Assembly: GCA_023480825.1 (NCBI GenBank)
Contig: JAMCWQ010000017.1
Location: 1 to 58,643 of the forward strand
DNA: 58,643 nucleotides
Direction: 5' to 3'
From: Chloroflexota bacterium
Lineage (GTDB): Bacteria > Chloroflexota > Chloroflexia > JAMCWQ01
In this document: piece by piece, positions 26,076 through 33,534 of the stretch
Layout of the letters: each line of letters begins with the position of its first letter
How positions within the stretch are numbered: the stretch's first letter is position 1
Position numbers and translations under genes: made by a program
The notes under the pieces: generated by a model
What the model was told of the DNA's origin: nothing
Databases searched by the model: none
The model's input: the letters and a program-made list of their open reading frames with translations, nothing else

Positions 26076-28016
26076 CTAGTGGTAAGCGAAGATTATCCGG
26101 TCGAACCAGACAGCCATCCCCTGCCAGGCCACAAACAACATCAGCAGCGCCAGCACGGAGCGCCCGGCCCACGATCTCCAACCGAGATGCGCCAACAATA
26201 CTCCAGCGGCCAGGGCTAGTGCGGTAGTGGCGAAAAGCTCGTGCCGGGATTCCATTCCCACAATTGCGCCAAATGCCCCAAAGGCGCCGGCAGCTAGCGT
26301 CCACGCCGCTATGGCGAGGATGAACACCCGTGCCCGCCGGGCCAATGCCGCCACCCCAGCCCCGGCAACCAAGAAAGCTGGAGAGAAAGCGCCCAAGAGA
26401 CCGAGGTCGCTGACGGACAGCCGGCCTATCCTTCCCAGTGCCGAGCCAGCCGCACTGCTTTCTCCGCCGCCTCCGAGGGCAGTCGCCTGTCCAGCAATCA
26501 GCAAGACGAAATGGGAGTAATAGACGAGGGAAACCAAAATCAGCGCGACAACAACAGGCAGCGCCGCGTACAAGGTTCGGATTCTGCTTTGCCAATCTAG
26601 AAACAACAAGCATAGCATCAGGAACAAAGCCACACTGAGAAGGCTGAGCAGCAAGCTACCATAGTGAGAAGTGAAAGTCAAGGCAGAGGCGGCCAGGACC
26701 AAGATGAAGGAGAGGACAGGCGCCAAGGGCTTGGTTATGACGGTGATGAGAATGGCGATCAGTAGGAGAGCCGCCCACTGCCCAAACAAATTGGTGTGGT
26801 TTCCCCAGGAAAACACCATGAACGTGTAGGGAGTGAAAGAATAGACGAAGCCCGCCAAAGTCGCTGCCAGCCCCCCGAAACCGGCCCGCTTTACGATGTA
26901 GAAGACAAGGAAGACTCCGGAAGCATCCAGGAGACTGCTGGATAGGGCCAGTAGCATCTCGTGGTTCGACCACAAGTAGCCGAAGGGAGCCAAGAGCAGA
27001 TAATAGGCTGGAGGGTACGGGGCGTCGCGGCCATCAGGAAGGGGGTTGGTGAAGACTAGATTGCCGGTCATCACGGTCTCCAGGCGATGCGCATGCATGG
27101 TCAGATCGCTGGAGACGAACTGGGGGTAAATCATGCCGCCGAACCGGATGGCGAATGCCAGGCCGAAGATGCCGGATATGGCGGCGATCTCCCAGCCCTC
27201 GACCCTCCAACCCCTTGTGGCCGCCAGCAGTCTGCTGGCCAGGCGGGCCAACAGTGAAAGGACACAGGCCGCGGCAGCCAGAGCGGCCAGTTGACCGGCA
27301 AAGACTGTGATGCCGAGGCGGTGAAAGGCTATGAGAAAGGCCAATACCAGTATGGCGCCGAAAAGGGCGATCGCCGCCAGGCGGACCGGAACCCTTGACT
27401 GGATCAACCAGAGGAAGGCGATGGCAACTGCTATGATGAGCAACGGGAATACGGGGATCGCTGGAACAACTATCCACCGGTCCGCCGCGGGTAGTGGAGA
27501 CACTTGCACGGAATCAACAAAGACGCCGAGGTGCCGGGCATCATTTTGGGGCACAAAGGTGTCCGATTCGATGGTAATATCCAGATCGCTTAAGCCCAGC
27601 GTTTTGCCTCGGACAAGAAAGGAATACGTCTTGAGAGTTCCATCCGGGACAATCTTCCCCACCTCTTCACCGTTGGCCAGCACTCTGACATTGGGACTGG
27701 CCACTCCCTCTGGGCGCCAACCGTTGAGCGCAAGGTTGACTTGCACCGGACCGGGATTGCCAACGCCGGGGAAAGACACTGTTGCCGTCTCGCCGGACCA
27801 GCGGTAGGTCAGGCTGCCGTTGTGCTCCGGCTGGTGAAACCCGGTCACAAACGGCATGTCCAGTTTGCCGCCAATATCAATACCGTAATCCGGCCTATTC
27901 TGATAGCCTACTGTTATAGCCAAAGCGGCAAGCGCCAAGATGAGGTAGAATTCCCAACTCTTGAACGCGAGGCGAGCCAGTCGCAATTCCTCCAGAAGCG
28001 CCAGTCTCACAGTCAT
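26076..28016 (-). CDS. large polytopic membrane protein: N-terminal anchor plus extracytoplasmic 'DIGG-YRW-LGV' beta-rich module plus about 12 TM GT-C-like body (tandem paralog 1 of 3)
   Basis: The ORF track gives 26076..28124. I trimmed it to the ATG at 28016, which has GGAGA 9 nt upstream and lies 13 nt after the upstream stop. The module spans about nt 27492-27905. The loop motif is 'FVSSDLTMHAHRLETVMTG'. Confidence 0.7.
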   Translation of the reverse strand: MTVRLALLEELRLARLAFKSWEFYLILALAALAITVGYQNRPDYGIDIGGKLDMPFVTGFHQPEHNGSLTYRWSGETATVSFPGVGNPGPVQVNLALNGWRPEGVASPNVRVLANGEEVGKIVPDGTLKTYSFLVRGKTLGLSDLDITIESDTFVPQNDARHLGVFVDSVQVSPLPAADRWIVVPAIPVFPLLIIAVAIAFLWLIQSRVPVRLAAIALFGAILVLAFLIAFHRLGITVFAGQLAALAAAACVLSLLARLASRLLAATRGWRVEGWEIAAISGIFGLAFAIRFGGMIYPQFVSSDLTMHAHRLETVMTGNLVFTNPLPDGRDAPYPPAYYLLLAPFGYLWSNHEMLLALSSSLLDASGVFLVFYIVKRAGFGGLAATLAGFVYSFTPYTFMVFSWGNHTNLFGQWAALLLIAILITVITKPLAPVLSFILVLAASALTFTSHYGSLLLSLLSVALFLMLCLLFLDWQSRIRTLYAALPVVVALILVSLVYYSHFVLLIAGQATALGGGGESSAAGSALGRIGRLSVSDLGLLGAFSPAFLVAGAGVAALARRARVFILAIAAWTLAAGAFGAFGAIVGMESRHELFATTALALAAGVLLAHLGWRSWAGRSVLALLMLFVAWQGMAVWFDRIIFAYH

Positions 28017-28029
28017 CGGCTGCGGTCTC

Positions 28030-30087
28030 CTAATGCCCGGCATACAAGATGCGGAAGATCCAGAACGATACCGCCGACCAGGCCAGCGTGGCAAAAAGCA
28101 TGTAGCCGGTAATCCGGCCCGCAACGCCGCGCGAGCTTAGCCGGTCAAGGAGTATTCCGAGCCCGATGGAGAGAGGCACCATCGCATAGAAGAGGTGTTT
28201 CCCGATCATATCCACATGCATACCCACCACGGCAAATACCACCGGTATGGTGAGCCAGGCGATCAGGAGAAGCCAAAACCGGTCTAGTCTTTCCACCCTG
28301 TATAGCGCCAGCCCGAATATGGCCCCCACGAAGGGCAAGGCGGAGCCGTAGAACGTGAGGGACCACTGTACCGTGCTAACCAAGCCACCGGTACCCACCA
28401 CTTGTCCCGAACCGGTCGTCAATCGGCTGGCGTAAGCCGGAAGCGTGACCGTCAAGAGGGGAATCAAATACTGCATGTAGTAGCTCAGAAAAGCTACTAC
28501 CAACCCTCCAACAACTACCATAGCCAACTGGATGACTCGCCTCCGCTCCCAAGCCTCGGCCGGCCAGAGAAGCATCGAGACTCCCCAAATGCCCATGACA
28601 ATAGTGTTGAAGACCAGGATCGTCGGGAACGCCACCATTGTGGCCGCCAGCAACATAGTTGTTAGGGCAAAGGGACCGGCCCTGTTTAGATTGTGAAACT
28701 TGGTCAGGATAATGGCAAACGTGATGACTGTGAGCCACTGGGCGAAAATGGTCGGTAGAATGCCATAGGACAGCATGCGATAGGTGAGCGGAGTGAACCC
28801 GTAGACGGCGGCGGCAAAGAGCGCGGCACGCGGGCTGCCGTAGAACTTCTTGACCAGGTAGAAGATACCGAACAGCAAAGAGACATCCAGCAACGTCACA
28901 AAGAGTTTGACGGAGAGCTCGATAGGTAGCGGCAAGAAGCTAACCGGCGCCGCTATGAAGTAGAACAGGGGCGACTTGGGAATTAGAACGTCCATGTTCC
29001 ACTCGCTGGGCACCGACGACAGGGGACTAGGAAAGTACAGTTCGGCCCATTGGCCCGAGAGAACCATCCGCAGAAAGCGCATATGCCACGGCAGGTCGAT
29101 CATTATCATGTTGGGATACGCTAGACCGCCGAACTTGGCATAGAAGGCGACAAGCGCTACTGCCAGCAAAATGCGCCGGTGCTTCTCGCTCGTTTCCAGC
29201 CTGACCGCTTGAAAGAGCCAGCGGATGAGGCGCTCGCCGATGAGCAAGAGGGCCAGGCCAAGCAGGAGAACGAGAATCAGGTTCTTGGCATAGGGAGTGT
29301 AATCCAGACGCTGGAAAGCGACGGTGTAGGCGATGGCGAAAAGCATTGCCACACCCGCGATCGATGCCAGAGCCCTGATAAGCCAGCCCTTCGTGGTGGT
29401 CCCAAGCACCGCACGGCGGCCGGTGGCGTAGACGACACAAACTGCAAGCATCGCGTAGATCAATTGGCTGAGAGAAGGGAACACCAGACCGGCGCCGGTG
29501 GGCCGGTAGCTCACCCAATCCACCTGTGTTCCCAATTGAAGCCCGCGATTCCCCTCCGGATGGTAGGTATCACTCCTAAGCTCCACGACCAGGTCACGTG
29601 ACTGCGCTGCCGGTCCCGTGATGTCGTAGGAGTAGGTTTGCCAGCCGGGTCCCAGTTTGATCGCCGGCATGGCCTGCCCGTTGACAATGATTTCTAGATT
29701 CGGTGCCGGCTCCCCTGCCGGCCGGCCGGACGCCACTCTGAGCTGCAGCTGGAATGGTATACCACCGCCAATGCCTGGAAGCCTGATGTAGGAATAATTG
29801 TCGGTCCACCGGTACGAGACGCCGGCTCCAGCCTCTTTGCTGTGGAAGTTGTCGACATAGGCATCGTCATAGCCCCCACCGATGTCGACGGAATATGGAC
29901 GGCTGACCTGGTAGGCTAGCATGGTCAGGACCAGTGTGAGCAGGGCGAGTGTCCAGAATTCCCACGATCCGAGGACGGTCTTGAGCCAGGTAAGCTCGAT
30001 GCGAACCTCTCTCCCAATCTTGCCGGCAAAGGCCCGGCTTTCTCTGCCGGCCATAGGCCTCACCAGTCCGGTCTCAGTGGAAGGCAT
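28030..30087 (-). CDS. large polytopic membrane protein with the N-terminal 'DIGG-YRW' module (tandem paralog 2 of 3)
   Basis: The architecture matches 26076..28016. The module spans about nt 29500-29913 ('YSVDIGGGYDDAYVDNFH...VSYRWT...LPGIGG...GRP...VNG...QTYSY'). The loop motif is 'MIDLPWHMRFLRMVLSG'. The start is uncertain, either 30087 or the ATG at 30054. Confidence 0.7.
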   Translation of the reverse strand: MPSTETGLVRPMAGRESRAFAGKIGREVRIELTWLKTVLGSWEFWTLALLTLVLTMLAYQVSRPYSVDIGGGYDDAYVDNFHSKEAGAGVSYRWTDNYSYIRLPGIGGGIPFQLQLRVASGRPAGEPAPNLEIIVNGQAMPAIKLGPGWQTYSYDITGPAAQSRDLVVELRSDTYHPEGNRGLQLGTQVDWVSYRPTGAGLVFPSLSQLIYAMLAVCVVYATGRRAVLGTTTKGWLIRALASIAGVAMLFAIAYTVAFQRLDYTPYAKNLILVLLLGLALLLIGERLIRWLFQAVRLETSEKHRRILLAVALVAFYAKFGGLAYPNMIMIDLPWHMRFLRMVLSGQWAELYFPSPLSSVPSEWNMDVLIPKSPLFYFIAAPVSFLPLPIELSVKLFVTLLDVSLLFGIFYLVKKFYGSPRAALFAAAVYGFTPLTYRMLSYGILPTIFAQWLTVITFAIILTKFHNLNRAGPFALTTMLLAATMVAFPTILVFNTIVMGIWGVSMLLWPAEAWERRRVIQLAMVVVGGLVVAFLSYYMQYLIPLLTVTLPAYASRLTTGSGQVVGTGGLVSTVQWSLTFYGSALPFVGAIFGLALYRVERLDRFWLLLIAWLTIPVVFAVVGMHVDMIGKHLFYAMVPLSIGLGILLDRLSSRGVAGRITGYMLFATLAWSAVSFWIFRILYAGH

Positions 30088-32113
30088 ACATCACCCGCTC
30101 ATACCAAAGACTAGCGCCGGACCACAGGATGTACGCGACCATCATCAACGCGATCGCCTGCCCGGCCCATTGCTTCGGGAAGATACGCGCCAGGAAAATG
30201 CCGGACCCGATGGCGGCGACAGGCAAAAGGAAAAGCATGTAGCGCACGTACAGCCCGGTTAGAAACCCTACACCGGCAAAGGCGACGGCACTAATGACCC
30301 AAGCGGACATGAGCAACCCCAACCGCGAAGTCTTGTAGGCAGTAAACACCAATAGCCCTCCGAACAGCAGCCCGAACAAGGGCCAAAGCTCGAAGTACGC
30401 CCTCGCCTCGTGATACAAGCCTTTGATCCCCTGCACAACCAAGTCGCGAATCGAGTACACTTGTGTAGGCCGTAAGTCCAGCGAACGGTCGGATACTGAG
30501 CCGCCAACGTAGAAGACCCGGCTGTGATCTTGCTCGGCGGCGGTCTGTTGCCTTTCCTGGGCCATGGCCTCGGCCTCTCCGGTCATAGTGCCGACAAAGT
30601 GGGAGTAGTAGCCGCCAAAAGCGATTGCAGCCGCCAAAACGCCGGCTGCCACGAGAGCAACCGTGCCTTTCTCCAACCGCGTCCTCCGGTTTACCAGGAC
30701 ATTCAGGACCACGAACACCACCAGAGATACTGCCAGGAGTAGTACGACTCCCGGATGGGAGAGAAACGCCAGCAGCAGCGTGAAGACAAGAAGGATGAAT
30801 TTGGCCGGCCGGTGGAGTCTGTCGAAGCAGGTGGCGAGCAGCGCCAAAACGGCCAGCGCCAGCCATTGGCCAAACAAGTTGGTGGTGACACCCCAAGAGA
30901 ACACCAAGAAGGACAGAGGCATAATCACGTAGACCAGCGCCGAAAGAAATGCCGCACGGGCATCCTTGGTGACTTTGAACACTACGAAGAACATGAGGAA
31001 CAACCCCGAGGTGTCCATCCAAACGGTGAAGAGCTTCACCAGGAACAATTTGTCCTGAACAATCAGGGTTAGTGGCGCCATCAACAGATAGGCGGTGGGC
31101 AGATAGAAGGTGCTATGGCCTCCCCATTCTCCCGAGACTATCGTAAAGTAAATGCTGCCGCTGAGTACTTGTTCCAAGCGATGGACATGAAAAACGGCAT
31201 CCATGACGAAGTTCTGAGGATAGAGTTGCCCACCCAGCCGCACTACAAAGAGAATGGCAAATACGCTGAGCAGGGCGTTGCGGGCTCCTGCCGCTAACAG
31301 TACTCCTGACCGCTTGTACCAGAGTTCCACAATTAACGAGGTGATGGCCAGAACCATGTACGCCGCGATAAACGTCACCAGAAGCTGATCGGTGAACACC
31401 GAAAGCCAGAGACGGGCAAAAACAATCAATATGGCGAAAGCCAAGCCCAACAGGATCGCCACAAAGAGGGCTACCCTCCTCGATCCGCCCAATCTCAAGG
31501 CCAGTAACGCGCCGACAAGAATGATGACGAGAAGGGGAATGACCTGGCCGGTGGAGGGCAGGACAATCCCATTGCCCACCGGCTGTACGGTGATCTGGTC
31601 CACGGAGACTCCGAGGTCCCTGGCATCTCCTTCCGGCCTGAACGTGTCTGATTTCAGCAATAGATCGAGGTCACCGCTGGCAACATAGGCACGCGGCACT
31701 CGCAGGGTGATCGTTTCTGGGACTCCTGATGTCTGCTTGATACCCAGACTGTGCCCGTTGGCAAAGAATTCCACTTTTGGCGGCGGAGGACTGGGCCGGT
31801 AACCAACGAGCTTGATTGTCACCTCGTAGTCATCCTGGCCTATGCCGGGAAACGATATCGTGGAACTGGCTTTGCTCCAGCGGAAATTCATCTCCGGGCT
31901 GCTCTCCACAGCGTTGAAGTCCGCCACATATGGCCCATCGAAGATGCCGCCAATATCGAGGGGGTAAGCTCCTCTAAACTGATAGCCAGCGGCCATGAGG
32001 CAAAGGCCAAGTGCCAGAACCGGGTAGATGGGCCAATACCCCAGCAGCTTCCAAACCGGCTCGAGCTCGGAGCGTCCCCACTCGGTTATGGCTCTCCACA
32101 CCGTTCGCATCAT
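30074..32113 (-). CDS. large polytopic membrane protein with the N-terminal 'DIGG-YRW-LGV' module (tandem paralog 3 of 3)
   Basis: The ORF track gives 30074..32185. I prefer the ATG at 32113, which forms an ATGA overlap with the stop of the upstream GT4 at 32110. The module spans about nt 31579-31984. The loop motif is 'FVMDAVFHVHRLEQVLSG'. Confidence 0.7.
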   Translation of the reverse strand: MMRTVWRAITEWGRSELEPVWKLLGYWPIYPVLALGLCLMAAGYQFRGAYPLDIGGIFDGPYVADFNAVESSPEMNFRWSKASSTISFPGIGQDDYEVTIKLVGYRPSPPPPKVEFFANGHSLGIKQTSGVPETITLRVPRAYVASGDLDLLLKSDTFRPEGDARDLGVSVDQITVQPVGNGIVLPSTGQVIPLLVIILVGALLALRLGGSRRVALFVAILLGLAFAILIVFARLWLSVFTDQLLVTFIAAYMVLAITSLIVELWYKRSGVLLAAGARNALLSVFAILFVVRLGGQLYPQNFVMDAVFHVHRLEQVLSGSIYFTIVSGEWGGHSTFYLPTAYLLMAPLTLIVQDKLFLVKLFTVWMDTSGLFLMFFVVFKVTKDARAAFLSALVYVIMPLSFLVFSWGVTTNLFGQWLALAVLALLATCFDRLHRPAKFILLVFTLLLAFLSHPGVVLLLAVSLVVFVVLNVLVNRRTRLEKGTVALVAAGVLAAAIAFGGYYSHFVGTMTGEAEAMAQERQQTAAEQDHSRVFYVGGSVSDRSLDLRPTQVYSIRDLVVQGIKGLYHEARAYFELWPLFGLLFGGLLVFTAYKTSRLGLLMSAWVISAVAFAGVGFLTGLYVRYMLFLLPVAAIGSGIFLARIFPKQWAGQAIALMMVAYILWSGASLWYERVMYAFH

Positions 32114-33318
32114 TTCTCCTGATGGCAAGCCGAAAAAGGCAGTTGCCCGCATGCTTCGATCAGTGTCCTTGCGCCGCTGCTCCATTGAAAATTCCGGTCG
32201 ACGTATTCTCTGGCAGCAACGCCCATGGCCCGGGCTTGCTCAGGGTTCTCCAGCAGACTAACAATGCCACCAGCCAGTCCGGCCGGAGTGGAATCGACGA
32301 GCAGGCCCCGGGTCCCGTTGCCAACTGTCTTGGCCGGGCCTCCTTCGTCCACGGATACCACAGGCAACCCCGCTGCTAGCGCCTCCAGCACGGAGAGGCC
32401 AAAAGATTCCACCTTGGCAGGGTTGGCATACACCTGCGCCAGAGCGTAGTAGCTGGCCAGGTCGCCTTCGGGGACGAAACCCGTGAACATGACGCGGTCA
32501 TCAAGGCCGAGGTCAGCTACCAGCCTCTTGAGCCGGTCCATCTCGGGCCCCGAGCCCACTACCAGTCCGCGAATTCCGGGCACCTTGCTCGTGACCAACT
32601 TTATGGAGCGGATGAACAGATCGATCCTCTTGCGAGGGTGCAGGTGGTTGACGGTCATGACCAGCGGAGTCCCCTCCTCGATCCCCAGTCTCTTCCTGAT
32701 TTCCGCCGTTCTCTCTGGGGAGGGCTGTGGAAGATCGACGCCATGCGTGATGACAGTGGAATCGACCCCGTAGACTTCTTGAACCCTCCACCTGCCAAAG
32801 TCACCGTTGACAAGAATGGAATCAGCCTGGTGAACCAACAGACCATCCAGCACACGATACATCGGCAGCGCGAGCCGCGCCACCGGCCCCAGCGCCCCCA
32901 GCCTGGCGGACACCTCGGCGGTGTCCGTGTAAGCGAAGCGCGGTGGTTCGTAGCAGAAATATAGGCATGGGAACTGTACCCTTCTCACTTTTTTGGCCCA
33001 GGCCAGCGCCGGTAGTCCCGGCCCACCGAAGAAGACGGCGGCATCGAAATGGCTCCGGGCTCGTCCCAGCAATCGCGGTGTCAGAGCATACTCCAAGGCG
33101 GCATCCAAATAGTGATTACCCGTCAGCCGGATTTGGCCGTTGGCTCCTACCACCTTGACGGTCTTCGGTAGAGTCTCGCGGCACTCGCCATCGAGGTAAT
33201 GAGTGGCGAGAGTAACCCTGTGCCCAAGTTGCTCCACGAAGTCCGCTAGCTTGATGATAAGTCTCTCCGCACCGGTCAGCTTTTTCAGTTGGGGATAAAC
33301 AAAGAGAAATGACGACAC
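32110..33318 (-). CDS. GT4-family glycosyltransferase
   Basis: Motifs are 'LVVGSGPEMDRLKRL...VMFTGFVPEGDL' and 'ANPAKVESFGLSVLEALAAGLPVVSVDEGGP'. The start is a GTG at 33318. Confidence 0.85.
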   Translation of the reverse strand: MSSFLFVYPQLKKLTGAERLIIKLADFVEQLGHRVTLATHYLDGECRETLPKTVKVVGANGQIRLTGNHYLDAALEYALTPRLLGRARSHFDAAVFFGGPGLPALAWAKKVRRVQFPCLYFCYEPPRFAYTDTAEVSARLGALGPVARLALPMYRVLDGLLVHQADSILVNGDFGRWRVQEVYGVDSTVITHGVDLPQPSPERTAEIRKRLGIEEGTPLVMTVNHLHPRKRIDLFIRSIKLVTSKVPGIRGLVVGSGPEMDRLKRLVADLGLDDRVMFTGFVPEGDLASYYALAQVYANPAKVESFGLSVLEALAAGLPVVSVDEGGPAKTVGNGTRGLLVDSTPAGLAGGIVSLLENPEQARAMGVAAREYVDRNFQWSSGARTLIEACGQLPFSACHQEK

Positions 33319-33339
33319 TAGGCCCCACCGCCAGATAGG

Positions 33340-33516
33340 CTATTCGTCAACCAGCATCACCGGTATGCCATCCTTAATAGGATACCGCCGTCCACACTGC
33401 TCGCACACCAGAGTGCAACCTTCCAGCCTTATGTCGCCCTTACACTTCGGACAAGCCAGTATCGCCAGCAAATCGTCACTGATAGGTTTCCCTTTCGAGG
33501 TGTCACTCTCCGTCAT
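33340..33516 (-). CDS. Trm112/YcaR-like (UPF0434) small zinc-ribbon protein, 58 aa; not in the supplied ORF track
   Basis: My hand translation is MTESDTSKGKPISDDLLAILACPKCKGDIRLEGCTLVCEQCGRRYPIKDGIPVMLVDE*. It carries the family hallmarks 'LLxILxCPxCKG...CxxCxxxYPIxDGIPVML' with four Cys. GGAGGAGGG lies 5 nt upstream of the ATG. The gene fills the gap between 33318 and 33535. Confidence 0.8.
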   Translation of the reverse strand: MTESDTSKGKPISDDLLAILACPKCKGDIRLEGCTLVCEQCGRRYPIKDGIPVMLVDE

Positions 33517-33534
33517 ATGCCCTCCTCCAGCAAG

